A stretch of 32,000 nucleotides of DNA from an uncultured Candidatus Cenarchaeum sp. (GCA_958295735.1 OY282369.1:324161-356160), one strand, 5' to 3'; shown: positions 13,652 to 21,980, numbered from the stretch's first letter. Made by a program: numbers and translations. The notes: generated from the sequence alone by a model not told the origin.

Positions 13652-13725
13652 GCTTCGATAGCTCAGCCTGGTAGAGCGTTACCTTGGTAAGGTAAAGGTC
13701 ACGGGTTCGGATCCCGTTCGAAGCT
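13652..13725 (+). tRNA. tRNA-Thr (anticodon GGU)
   Basis: GCUUCGA UA GCUC AGCCUGGUA GAGC G UUACC UUGGUAA GGUAA AGGUC ACGGG UUCGGAU CCCGU UCGAAGC U. A TATA-like 'aattataagga' lies ~25-30 nt upstream. Confidence 0.9.
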
Positions 13726-14576
13726 CAGAAATTCCTGATCAGCAGCTCGTGGTGGCCCGACCTGCCGGACGAGTCGGAGTTGATCAGCCTGTTGGCGGTG
13801 AGCTTGGCCACGTTCCACCCGCCGAAGAGCCTGCGCACCGGCTCGGTGTCCGAGTTGGAGAGGACCACGCGGCACCCCGCCCCGTCCAGGCGGGCGTACT
13901 CGGAGGCCAGCCTCTCCAGGTCGGCGGCCACAAAGTCCCCCCCGGTGTACTGCGTAAAGCTGGCGGTCGCGCTCACCGGCTGGTAGGGCGGATCGAGGTA
14001 GACAAAGTCGCCCTCCCCCGCGCCGGCCAGCGCATCCGCAAAGTCGCCGGACGAGATCCGCACGTTCCCGGATCCCAGCAGCCGGCTGGCGGCCCGCAGG
14101 CCCTCCTCGTTCACTATGTTCGGGTTGGCGTACCTGCCCATCGGCACGTTGAACTTTCCGCGGCGGTTCACGCGGTACAGCCCGTTGAAGCACGTCCTGT
14201 TCAGGAACACCAAGCGGGAGCACACAGACACGGGATCCGACGGCTCCTCGCCCCGCACGCGGTAGTAGTACCCGGAACGGTCCTCCGCGTAGCCCGCGGC
14301 GTGGCCCCTGAGCGACTCTATGAGCTCGTCCACCCTGTCGCGCACCACCGTATACGCGAGGATCAGATCGGCGTTGAGATCCGAGACGAGGCAACGACGG
14401 CCGGGATCGAGCAGGAGCGTGTAGAACAGGACTGCCCCGCCGCCCAAAAAGGGCTCGAAGTACCTGCCGAACTCCCTCGGAAAGTACTCGCTCATGGCGG
14501 GAATGAGCCGCCTCTTTCCCCCGGCCCACTTTACGAACGGCCGCGGGGCCCTGTCTGCCAGATGCTGCTTGGGCAA
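13725..14576 (-). CDS. Dam-type (D12 class) N6-adenine DNA methyltransferase
   Basis: PFVKWAGGKRRLIPAM...YFEPFLGGGAVLF (SAM-binding FxGxG) and FVYLDPPYQPVS (DPPY catalytic motif). The stop codon (13725-13727) touches the discriminator base of tRNA-Thr. Confidence 0.9.
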   Translation of the reverse strand: MPKQHLADRAPRPFVKWAGGKRRLIPAMSEYFPREFGRYFEPFLGGGAVLFYTLLLDPGRRCLVSDLNADLILAYTVVRDRVDELIESLRGHAAGYAEDRSGYYYRVRGEEPSDPVSVCSRLVFLNRTCFNGLYRVNRRGKFNVPMGRYANPNIVNEEGLRAASRLLGSGNVRISSGDFADALAGAGEGDFVYLDPPYQPVSATASFTQYTGGDFVAADLERLASEYARLDGAGCRVVLSNSDTEPVRRLFGGWNVAKLTANRLINSDSSGRSGHHELLIRNF

Positions 14577-14818
14577 CGCGCGCTCTCCCGGGCGGGCCGA
14601 TTTAAGTCGTTGAGGGGCGGAGCGGGGCGTCCCCGCAACCGGCGGGCGCGCGGGGCGGCGGGCGGTCCGCTTCCCCGCCGCCCGGCGGCCCGGCGGGGCG
14701 CTTCCCGCTCCCGCGATGCCCCCGGGCCGCGGCCGGCGGACTGCACGATCGCGGAACGGCGGGGGCCGCGGGGATGCGGCGGAACGGCGGGGGCCGCGGG
14801 GCGGGATGCCCGGGGGCT

Positions 14819-14835
14819 CATGAAAATGAAAAGGG
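14819..14835 (-). terminator. T-tract after the amoA stop
   Basis: The minus strand reads TGA tcactccaccCTTTTCATTTTCat immediately downstream of amoA. Oligo-T is the usual archaeal termination signal. Confidence 0.45.
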
Positions 14836-14843
14836 TGGAGTGA

Positions 14844-15494
14844 TCAGTCCCACTTGGACCATGCGGCCATCCATCTGTACGTCCAGGTGTTCAGTTTGAC
14901 ACCTAACGCTGCCATGGTGACCGACAAGACAGCACCAGCGCCAGCACCTAACGCCACCGGACTGTTATAGAACTTCCCGACTTGGGGTTCTATTGGAGTC
15001 ATGTACGGGGGCAACGTGGGACGCGGGTACTTGAATGCCGTCTCCAGCGGGTCTGCCACTGTGATAAGATTTACCATGTTGAACAACGGCAACGACATGC
15101 CGACCAGCACGCCGCCGAACAGTATCAGCGAGTGCTTGTTCCGCTTTGTCGCCCAGTACGCCAAATCCAACAGCATCGCCGATGGAAGCCACACCGGAGT
15201 GACGATGAAGTCGTACGGGTAACCAAGTGCGAACCAAGCGCCCTTTGCCACCCAAGTGTACACCGTCATGATTAGCGCGTAGTACGTCGCCGTACCTGGA
15301 ACGCCCGTGAACGTGAGGTAGTACGTTGCGCCTACGACCAGCATCAGGGTTTGCGATATGGAGAACACCGTGTACGACGTCCATGCCCAATCAGTGTAGA
15401 AGATGTAGTCTCCTGCGTTAATTGTCAACAGGGTCGAGTTCACTGCAACCACTATTATGAACAAGTAGTGCGTGCACCGCCTAAGCCAGACCAT
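14844..15494 (-). CDS. amoA: ammonia monooxygenase subunit A (archaeal)
   Basis: 216 aa: MVWLRRCTHYLFIIVVAVNSTLLTINAGDYIFYTDWAWTSYTVFSISQTLMLVVGATYYLTFTGVPGTATYYALIMTVYTWVAKGAWFALGYPYDFIVTPVWLPSAMLLD... This is the canonical thaumarchaeal AmoA sequence and length. Confidence 0.97.
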   Translation of the reverse strand: MVWLRRCTHYLFIIVVAVNSTLLTINAGDYIFYTDWAWTSYTVFSISQTLMLVVGATYYLTFTGVPGTATYYALIMTVYTWVAKGAWFALGYPYDFIVTPVWLPSAMLLDLAYWATKRNKHSLILFGGVLVGMSLPLFNMVNLITVADPLETAFKYPRPTLPPYMTPIEPQVGKFYNSPVALGAGAGAVLSVTMAALGVKLNTWTYRWMAAWSKWD

Positions 15495-15515
15495 TGCTGG
15501 ATTGAAAAGGAGGTC

Positions 15516-15532
15516 AGTATATAAAATTTTAG
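15516..15532 (-). promoter_or_regulatory. TATA box of amoA
   Basis: The minus strand reads 'taaaattttatatact' 23-38 nt upstream of the ATG at 15494. It is an AT island in a GC-rich context. Confidence 0.55.
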
Positions 15533-15670
15533 AAGCGCTCTAGGCCGGCGCCTTTTGGCCGGATCCCGCCCCGCAGGGGCCCGCCGCGCGCCTTTTCCCC
15601 GCCGGCGGGGGCGGACGGCGGTTCCTGCGCCGGCGGGGGCGGGGCTGGAGGCACCCGCCGGCGGGACGGG

Positions 15671-15810
15671 GCCGGCTCGGGCGGGCTGCCGCGTCCCGGG
15701 CCCTCTCCGGCCGGCTCGGGCGGGCTGCCGCGTCCCTGGGAGCCCGCTCCGGGCGGGCTGCCGCGTCCCTGGGAGCCCGCTCCGGCCGGCTCGGGCGGGT
15801 TGCCGCGCGC
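15671..15810. repeat. imperfect ~34-38-bp tandem repeats in the amoA-amoX spacer
   Basis: 'ggccggctcgggcgggctgccgcgtcc' and 'gggcgggctgccgcgtccctgggagcccgctcc' recur 3-4 times. Confidence 0.8.
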
Positions 15811-15876
15811 GAACGGCCCGGCCGCAGCTGCCGCTCCCCCGCACGGGCACCGGTGCTAATGCCCACAGGCACGGAT

Positions 15877-15888
15877 AGAGAAAAATGC
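15877..15888 (-). terminator. T-tract after the amoX stop
   Basis: The minus strand reads TGAgtctccgaccctcgcATTTTTCTCT. Confidence 0.4.
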
Positions 15889-15901
15889 GAGGGTCGGAGA
15901 C

Positions 15902-16264
15902 TCAGTTGCCCACGAACAGCGAGATCAGCACCGTGCCGATCGCGGTACCGCCGAGCGTTACGCCCACGAGACCATTGCTCTTCTTTGTAGAGCCTTCCTC
16001 CGACACCTTCACGCTGAAGAGGTAGCCGATGGCTTCCACGATAGTCAGCACGATGAAGGCATAGTGGCCGCTCGGAGTGGGGTACGCCCAAGGATAGTAG
16101 TAGTATCCAGCAGCCGTACCGCCAAAGGTGGCAAGCCAAGCCGCGATGTAGGAAATCGTGATAAGACCCGTCATGTTTTCGACGCGCCGGCCGATCATTC
16201 TCTCGACGTCTGCAGAACCCGTGCCTCCGGCACCGCCCGATCCAAATCCCTTCGGAAGAGTCAT
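15902..16264 (-). CDS. amoX: AmoX (small three-TM protein conserved between amoA and amoC in archaeal amo clusters)
   Basis: 120 aa from the ATG at 16264: MTLPKGFGSGG...GLITISYIAAWLATFGGTAAGYYYYPWAYPTPSGHYAFIVLTIVEAIGYLFSV...GLVGVTLGGTAIGTVLISLFVGN. The position matches amoX. The 223-aa track ORF extends into GC spacer. A TATA box lies 20-33 nt upstream of 16264. Confidence 0.85.
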   Translation of the reverse strand: MTLPKGFGSGGAGGTGSADVERMIGRRVENMTGLITISYIAAWLATFGGTAAGYYYYPWAYPTPSGHYAFIVLTIVEAIGYLFSVKVSEEGSTKKSNGLVGVTLGGTAIGTVLISLFVGN

Positions 16265-16283
16265 TTGGACTGACGCAATACTG

Positions 16284-16297
16284 AATATATTAAAATC
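16284..16297 (-). promoter_or_regulatory. TATA box of amoX
   Basis: The minus strand reads 'gattttaatatattc' directly upstream of the ATG at 16264. Confidence 0.5.
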
Positions 16298-16747
16298 TTT
16301 CCTTGCTGAATCCGCGTTATATACTGCGCCGGGAGGCGCTCCCGCCCGCGTCTGCGAGCGGGCGCGGCAGCGGCCGGCAGGTCCCGCCCGCGGCCGCCTC
16401 CCGGAGCGGCCGGCTCCCTGGCCAGGCGCGCGGCGGAACGCGGCGGCGGGCCCCACGGGTCCAAGGCGCGCGGGCGAAGGGGCCGCGCGGCCGCTTCGTT
16501 TCCGCCAAGCGGCCAGCCGCCAGGCGCGGTTCCAGGCGCGCCCGGCCGTCGCCGGCAGGCGGCGGCATCCCATCTGCCGCGGCGCGGCCTGCGCCCCGCG
16601 GTCCCGCCCCCTCCCGCCGCGCTGCCTGCCGGCGGAACCGGCGATCGCGCATCGCGCCTAGGGCTTGGACGACCTGGCAGCTTTGGCAGCGGCGGCCCGC
16701 GCGCCGGCGGGCGGCAGCATGCAGGGCGGCATCAGGAGGCCGAAGGC

Positions 16748-16934
16748 GGGAGGCCGGCGGGGAGGGGGCGGGAGGCCGGCGGGGAGGGGGCGGGAGGCCG
16801 GCGGGGAGGGGCACGTCCGCCCCGGGGCCAGGCCGGGCAGGGCAGGCCGGCGGGGAGGTGGCGGGAGGCCGGCGGGGAGGGGCACGTCCGCCCCGGGGCC
16901 AGGCCGGGCAGGGCAGGCCGGCGGGGAGGTGGCG
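16748..16934. repeat. nested tandem repeats (22-bp x3, then 71-bp x2) in the amoX-amoC spacer
   Basis: 'gggaggccggcggggaggggg' occurs at 16748, 16770 and 16792. The 71-bp unit 'gggaggccggcggggaggggcacgtccgccccggggccaggccgggcagggcaggccggcggggaggtggc' occurs at 16792 and 16863. Confidence 0.85.
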
Positions 16935-16991
16935 CTGGCGTCCGGACGCCCGGGGTCGGCGCCTGCCGGGTCAGGGGCGCGAAGTGAAAAG

Positions 16992-17101
16992 GGCGCTGGC
17001 GCTGCCGGGGTCCGCAGGCAATCGATCCCCGCTTGCGGACGGGCCGCACCTCCACGTTGTTGAAGGCGCTGGCGCTGCCGGGGTCCGCAGGCAATCGATC
17101 C
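16992..17101. repeat. 37-bp segment duplicated at 73-bp spacing
   Basis: 'ggcgctggcgctgccggggtccgcaggcaatcgatcc' occurs at 16992 and 17065. Confidence 0.85.
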
Positions 17102-17323
17102 GGCGGCGCTGGCACGTGCCGAGTTTCGCGCGGTTCCGGCGGCCGCGAACGAACCCGGGAGCCGCCGGCGGGGCGGACGGCGGGCGCCGGGCATCCAGTA
17201 GCGCCAGGAGCGCGGTTCCGGCGGCGGCCGGTGCCGCTCCCCCGATGCGCCGTTCGGCAAACCAGAGGCCGGAGGAAAGAACAGCGGCGGCCCCTGACGG
17301 GGGGAGCGGCGGGCGGGCGGACC

Positions 17324-17427
17324 CGCGCGGCGCGCGGGCCGGAATGGCGCGGCGCTTTTCGCGAGCGGAACGGCGCCCTGTTCCCGCGGGCACCTCGCGC
17401 GGCGCGCGGGCCGGAATGGCGCGGCGC
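17324..17427. repeat. 32-bp segment duplicated at 72-bp spacing
   Basis: 'cgcgcggcgcgcgggccggaatggcgcggcgct' occurs at 17324 and 17396. Confidence 0.85.
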
Positions 17428-17636
17428 TGCCGCGGACGCTCCGCGGGACCGTCCCGCATTACGCAACGGCGCCCGCCGCGGCGCGCGGCCCGGCAGATGC
17501 TTTTCCCCCGCGTCCCCGCCGGCGGCCGCGGGCGGAAGGGCGCGCGGCCCCGCGCGGGGCCGGCCCGGAAAGGGCGGCGGCGGCCCGGCTGCGGGAGGCC
17601 GGATGCGGCGCGGATCCGCGCGCCGCGGTCACGGGG

Positions 17637-17737
17637 CCGGCAGGGGGCCGCCGGCCGGGGAGGCGGATCCTCTCCGCGGCGGCCCGCCGCCCGTCCCGCG
17701 CCGGCAGGGGGCCGCCGGCCGGGGAGGCGGATCCTCC
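17637..17737. repeat. 36-bp segment duplicated at 64-bp spacing
   Basis: 'ccggcagggggccgccggccggggaggcggatcctc' occurs at 17637 and 17701. Confidence 0.85.
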
Positions 17738-17748
17738 CCCACCGTCAG

Positions 17749-17760
17749 CAAAGAAAAAAG
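17749..17760 (-). terminator. T-tract after the amoC stop
   Basis: The minus strand reads TAAccgcaggtcgcgctttcgcacggcCTTTTTTCTTTG about 25 nt downstream of the stop at 17785-17787. Confidence 0.45.
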
Positions 17761-17784
17761 GCCGTGCGAAAGCGCGACCTGCGG

Positions 17785-18348
17785 TTATGGGATTGAGCGG
17801 CTGTACAGCTTGCCCTCTAGGGCCATCTTGTACATTTCCGCGACGTACGGGTTTTCGCCGGGCGTCTCCGCCCCGAGCTCGACCAGCCGCGCGTACACCC
17901 TGACCACGTAGGCCAAGGCGCCCATGAAGGCCACCACCACGCCCATGTTGAACATCCAGTGGTTGGGAACGGCGAAGATCTCCTCGACGAACCAAAAGTG
18001 CCACATCTCGTTGACGCCGATCGTGAACATGGTGGCAAGGTAACCGAGTATGGTCATCTTGAGCCCCGTGTTCATCGAGTTGTTCGGGCCTCTGAGTATG
18101 GGCACCCTTCTGTCGTAGATTGCGACCGCACCCCATCCCAGCGGCAGAGCCACGAAGTGGGAGTACAGCCACCAGTGCGCCGGTGTGAACGCGCTGTCCC
18201 TTATGGACGTCTGGTGCAGCGAGCCGTCGACGAAGTTGTCAACCTCGACCGACGCCGCGGTGGAACCCATTGCGATTACGATGAGCCAGATCTTTTTGAG
18301 CCTCTGGATCTCGACCTCTTTTGGGATCAATGCAGGCATTTGTGCCAT
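17785..18348 (-). CDS. amoC: ammonia monooxygenase subunit C (archaeal)
   Basis: 187 aa: MAQMPALIPKEVEIQRLKKIWLIVIAMGSTAASVEVDNFVDGSLHQTSIRDSAFTPAHWWLYSHFVALPLGWG...FTIGVNEMWHFWFVEEIFAVPNHWMFNMG. This is the canonical thaumarchaeal AmoC. Confidence 0.95.
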   Translation of the reverse strand: MAQMPALIPKEVEIQRLKKIWLIVIAMGSTAASVEVDNFVDGSLHQTSIRDSAFTPAHWWLYSHFVALPLGWGAVAIYDRRVPILRGPNNSMNTGLKMTILGYLATMFTIGVNEMWHFWFVEEIFAVPNHWMFNMGVVVAFMGALAYVVRVYARLVELGAETPGENPYVAEMYKMALEGKLYSRSIP

Positions 18349-18370
18349 TGGCTACCAGTCTGCCACGCGA

Positions 18371-18385
18371 CGTATAAGGCAATAG
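18371..18385 (-). promoter_or_regulatory. TATA-like box of amoC
   Basis: The minus strand reads 'tattgccttatacg' 24-36 nt upstream of the ATG at 18348. It lies in the AT-richer divergent amoC/amoB intergenic region. Confidence 0.4.
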
Positions 18386-18542
18386 GGCCGCGGCCCGCCC
18401 GCGAACGATCAAAAAACCACACCCGCAAAGGCGGGAGTGATGCTATTAATGCAGGAATGACACATATGAAGATAATATTTTAGGCCAGTTTTCGCCCCCT
18501 CCTCCATGCTAACCATCAATGATAAGCACTCACCCGCAAGGT

Positions 18543-18555
18543 AAAACATATAACG
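18543..18555 (+). promoter_or_regulatory. TATA box of amoB
   Basis: 'aaaacatataacg'. It is too close to the track ORF ATG at 18560, but 35-47 nt upstream of ATG 18590/18593. Confidence 0.5.
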
Positions 18556-18589
18556 TTCCATGTTGGGCGGCAAGAATCAAGGGATAGCA

Positions 18590-19159
18590 ATGATGGACAA
18601 GAAGATACTAGTGATAGGACTCGGCGCCGTACTGGCCTTGGGCACGCTCGGCTTCAACTGGATCGAGGCCGTCCTGCCCACGGTGGAGGCGCACGGCGTC
18701 CAGGCGCAGCTGCAGAGCCGCTTCGTGAGGATAGAAGACGAGACGTTCAACAGGCAGTCCCTCCAGACGGGCGAGACCCTGTGCCTCTCCGGCCAGTTCG
18801 TCAGCTTGGTGGAAAGGGACATGAGGGCGTGGAACTCCATATTCTCGGAGTCGACGAACGCCGGCAACCGCTGGGAGATCCTCTCCAGGGACCCGCCCGG
18901 AAACGTCTTTGATCTTCCAGGCAACTCCGTAGTTCCGTACGAGATATGCGCCAAGGCGCTGGAGCCTGGCCTGTACCACGTCCACACCCAGCTCAATGTG
19001 GCGCAGGTCGGCCCGGGCCTCGGCCCAGGGCAGACGGTGGTCGTTGACGGGGAGTACATCGTGAAGGAGATACCTTACGTGAACATTGCGTACCAGTCGA
19101 TCATCATCGGCGTCGGTTACGTGATCACGTTCGCGACGAGGCCCTGGCAGGTCATCTGA
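18590..19159 (+). CDS. amoB: ammonia monooxygenase subunit B (archaeal)
   Basis: MMDKKILVIGLGAVLALGTLGFNWIEAVLPTVEAHGVQAQLQSRFVRIEDETFNRQSLQTGE...: a signal/TM segment, then HGVQAQLQSRF, typical of archaeal AmoB, and a C-terminal TM. The start at 18590 is preferred over 18560 because of the TATA position. Confidence 0.95.
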   Translation: MMDKKILVIGLGAVLALGTLGFNWIEAVLPTVEAHGVQAQLQSRFVRIEDETFNRQSLQTGETLCLSGQFVSLVERDMRAWNSIFSESTNAGNRWEILSRDPPGNVFDLPGNSVVPYEICAKALEPGLYHVHTQLNVAQVGPGLGPGQTVVVDGEYIVKEIPYVNIAYQSIIIGVGYVITFATRPWQVI

Positions 19160-19165
19160 TCCCAC

Positions 19166-19177
19166 CTATTTTCATTT
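19166..19177 (+). terminator. T-tract after the amoB stop
   Basis: TGAtcccaCCTATTTTCATTT. The 'ttttcattt' core also follows amoA. Confidence 0.45.
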
Positions 19178-19276
19178 AGCCCGGAGGCCGAAGGCCGCCG
19201 GCCCCTCCATTCGGGGCCCGACTTGCGGGCAGAGGGGCGGGCCGCCCCGCGCTAGGCGCGCGGGACCTGGCGGGGG

Positions 19277-19374
19277 GGCGGGCCGGCCGCGGTGCCGCAT
19301 CGCGGCCCCTCCAGCTCCGCGACCTCGTTCCTTGCGCGACGAAGGCGGGCCGGCCGCGGTGCCGCATCGCGGCC
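19277..19374. repeat. 31-bp segment duplicated at 67-bp spacing
   Basis: 'ggcgggccggccgcggtgccgcatcgcggcc' occurs at 19277 and 19344. Confidence 0.85.
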
Positions 19375-19440
19375 TCCCCCCCCCCCCCGGCCCAAGGACG
19401 GCGCGCGGCGCCCGGAGTGCCGCGGCTTCCGCCGGCCCGC

Positions 19441-19552
19441 GCGGGGCCGGCAGGCCGCCCGTCCGCATCCCGGCGCGGGGCCGGCAGGCCGCCCGTCCGC
19501 ATCCCGGCGCGGGGCCGGCAGGCCGCCCGTCCGCATCCCGGCGCGGGGCCGG
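19441..19552. repeat. 34-bp tandem repeat, 3 full copies plus a partial
   Basis: 'gcggggccggcaggccgcccgtccgcatcccggc' starts at 19441, 19475 and 19509, with a partial copy at 19543. Confidence 0.9.
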
Positions 19553-19640
19553 CCGCCGAGCCTCCGCGGCCGCCGGGCGCACGGGCCCCGGCGGAGGCGC
19601 GGCAGAAATTGATTTTACGCCCGGGAGCGCGGCGTGCGGC

Positions 19641-19958
19641 ATGATAGCCTTCGGCATCGTCCGCCTCGACATCGGGCAGGGTTACTTTTTCGGGACGGTC
19701 GAAAGGGGCGGGGAGGAGTACAAGATCAACGTGCAGAATGAGAGGAGGGGCAAGGTGCTAAAGCTGCCCGCGGGGATGGCCCCCAAGAGGGACAGGGTCC
19801 TGGTCAGGCTCTCCGGAGGCGACGCGTTCGTGGAGGACGTGCTGCCGTACTCTGGCGAGTCCGAGTGGGTGGAGATCGACTCGGACGAAATAACTTTCTT
19901 CGTGGCCGACAACCAGGACGTCTTCGACACGCTGGAGGTGATCGACGATGGTCCCTAG
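19641..19958 (+). CDS. hypothetical protein (105 aa)
   Basis: From the ATG at 19641: MIAFGIVRLDIGQGYFFGTVERGGEEYKINVQNERRGKVLKLPAGMAPKRDRVLVRLSGGDAFVEDVLPYSGESEWVEIDSDEITFFVADNQ... The upstream 103 codons of the track ORF are translated repeats. Confidence 0.65.
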   Translation: MIAFGIVRLDIGQGYFFGTVERGGEEYKINVQNERRGKVLKLPAGMAPKRDRVLVRLSGGDAFVEDVLPYSGESEWVEIDSDEITFFVADNQDVFDTLEVIDDGP

Positions 19959-20238
19959 GGCTCCGGGGGGGCCGGCGGGCGGGGGCGCGGGGACCAGACC
20001 GGCTCGCTCGCCCGGCTCCGCGGCCTAGCCGCTCCGGCGTGGGCCGGCGGGCGGGGGCGCGGGGACGGATCCTGGCCGGAGCGCTTCGGCTATGCGTTAT
20101 GCGCGAATCCAACGCACGGGTGCCTTGCAGCAACAGGAGGAACTTGGTCGGGGGACGGCCTCCGGCAACCGGCGGCGGCGGGGGGCGGAGAGGCTGAAGC
20201 GAGGCAGCGGGCGGCCTCCGGCAACCGGCGGCGAGGTA

Positions 20239-20385
20239 GCGGCGAGTCCGGGCAGGGGAGCGGCGGGCGGCAGGGGCGGCGAGTCCGGGCAGCCTCTCCC
20301 CCAACATCTCCTTTTGGTATTCCCCGAGGGAGCGGCGGGCGGCAAAGGCGGCGAGTCCGGGCAGGGGAGCGGCGGGCGGCAAAGG
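20239..20385. repeat. interspersed short repeats in a GC-rich spacer
   Basis: 'ggcggcgagtccgggcag' occurs about 3 times and 'gggagcggcgggcggca' about 3 times. 'ggcggcctccggcaaccggcggcg' also occurs at ~20155 and ~20210. Confidence 0.7.
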
Positions 20386-20785
20386 GGCGGGGCGGCGGAA
20401 CGAAGCGGCGGGCGGGCGGAAGCGAAATGGGGCGGCGGGCGGGCGGGCAGCCTTTCGGCAGGAGGCGCGGGCAACGCGGCACGGTCAGGCGCAGGCCGTA
20501 GGCGCGCTGCCGCGGCCGAAGCACGGCATGCGGCAGGATGCACGCCGTGCAGTCCACCAAGGCCGCACGGCGGAAGCGCGGCGGACGGCACGCCGGCCCG
20601 AGCCGCCGCGGTGCGGCCAGGAACGGAGAGTCTGGCGGCCCCCGGCAGGGCCCTCGGCGTGCGGGCGGCCGGCGCCCTCCGGCAGGCAGCCTGGAAACTG
20701 GACGATCCGGCCGGTTTGGGCGCGGATCCGGGCCGATCGCGGCAAACAGAAATGTATATAACGAACAAATAGAGACCGCTGAGGC

Positions 20786-21055
20786 ATGACTCCGATACTG
20801 GGCACCTTCCTGAGCGTCCTATCCACGCTGACGGGCCAGCTTGGGCCAAACTACGACCCGCTGTTCTACGACGTGATGATCTACATCTTCGGCACCATCA
20901 TGTTCACCGTGTTCCTGCTTGGAATCATCGCGTTCTGGTTGCGCGTCCACGGGTGGGGGTACAAGGACAACCGCGAGAGGTGGATCGACGAGCTTGACAG
21001 GCACTTTGAAAGGGAAGGCATAGGCCTGATTCCGGACAACGGAAAATACTGGTAG
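20786..21055 (+). CDS. small single-TM membrane protein (89 aa)
   Basis: MTPILGTFLSVLSTLTGQLGPNYDPLFYDVMIYIFGTIMFTVFLLGIIAFWLRVHGWGYKDNRERWIDELDRHFEREG... A TATA box 'aatgtatataac' (20748-20760) lies ~27 nt upstream of the ATG. Confidence 0.7.
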   Translation: MTPILGTFLSVLSTLTGQLGPNYDPLFYDVMIYIFGTIMFTVFLLGIIAFWLRVHGWGYKDNRERWIDELDRHFEREGIGLIPDNGKYW

Positions 21056-21455
21056 CCTTTTCTCTTTTTCATTATTTTGGCGCCCCCTCAGGGCGCTTTT
21101 CGCCGCCCGTCACCTGGCTTTAGCATCCCGCCGGCAGGACCCGGCCGGCGGCGGGAAGGACTAGGCGCGGCGCGGAAAGGGAACGCGGGTCGGCGCCCGG
21201 CAGGAGCAGGCGCGAAAACGCCCTTGCCGATCCGGGCCGGCGCCCGGCGGGGGCGGCGGCGCGGAGGGACGTGCCGCGGCATGGCTCGCCTTCGCGGGAA
21301 ACAGGAACGCGTTCCTTCAGAGCAACGGCGGCGCGGAGGGACGTGCCGCGGCACGTCTCGTCCCGGCGGGGCCGGCCGCCCCGGCCGCCCGGCGCCGGCC
21401 CTGATCGCGAGGCGCCCGCGGCCGGCGCGCGCCCCCGCGGGAAGCGGCCCGCCGA

Positions 21456-21980
21456 TCACGCGTCGGGGGGGAGAAAGTCGGTGTCCTTGCTGTCGTCGTA
21501 CGACTTTGTGGTGAACTCGGCCACGTAGTGCGAGCCGTCCACCAGCGGCGCCCGTATGAACTCCCCGGCCACGCGGCCGTCCACCGTGATCCTCGACTTG
21601 GACTCCTCCATGTCGCGCAACGGAAAGTCAAACACCCACAGGAAGTGGCCTATCTCGAACGGGTACTCCTCCTCCCACGCCGCGTGGATGGTCCCGTCGT
21701 CGGAAAGCGTGTAGAGGCTCCTCTGGCATCCGCCCTCCTCGAACCCGGCGTTCGCCGGTATTACCGCCTCGTTCCCGTCCACTACGAGATCCAGCGTGGC
21801 GGTGATCCGGTACGGCGTGACCCTGTCGTTGATGCAGACCTTGAGGGGGTTGTCCCGGTCAAAGTACTGCTGGACCAGGGTGCTCCCGGCGGCCACGGAG
21901 ATCCCGATCACCGCCGTGATTATCAGGAACCTTATGGTCTGCTTCCGCTTGCGGGGATCCCCCATGCCGGGCCAGATCAT
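21456..21980 (-). CDS. membrane-anchored/secreted hypothetical protein (~174 aa)
   Basis: MIWPGMGDPRKRKQTIRFLIITAVIGISVAAGSTLVQQYF... is an N-terminal anchor, followed by a complex ~140-aa domain. An alternative ATG lies at 21965. The track start at 22040 lies in spacer. Confidence 0.7.
   Translation of the reverse strand: MIWPGMGDPRKRKQTIRFLIITAVIGISVAAGSTLVQQYFDRDNPLKVCINDRVTPYRITATLDLVVDGNEAVIPANAGFEEGGCQRSLYTLSDDGTIHAAWEEEYPFEIGHFLWVFDFPLRDMEESKSRITVDGRVAGEFIRAPLVDGSHYVAEFTTKSYDDSKDTDFLPPDA

Noticed and set aside
2281-14576. Restriction-modification or other defence system built around the two methyltransferases
   Set aside because: I found no endonuclease, specificity subunit, helicase or ATPase ORF adjacent to either gene. 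The neighbours are a redox protein, small unknown genes, a tRNA and amoA. I therefore report them only as orphan methyltransferases.
14965-15390. Alternative-frame ORFs inside amoA, amoC and amoB (for example 14965-15390, 17459-18172, 18577-19165)
   Set aside because: They overlap unmistakable AMO subunit reading frames, and none has recognisable features.
16265-17796. The N-terminal extension of amoX (to 16573) and the 497-aa ORF 16303-17796, plus overlapping ORFs, as proteins
   Set aside because: Their sequence is repeat-derived low complexity. The amoX TATA box sits immediately upstream of the internal ATG at 16264, so the extension would lie upstream of the promoter.
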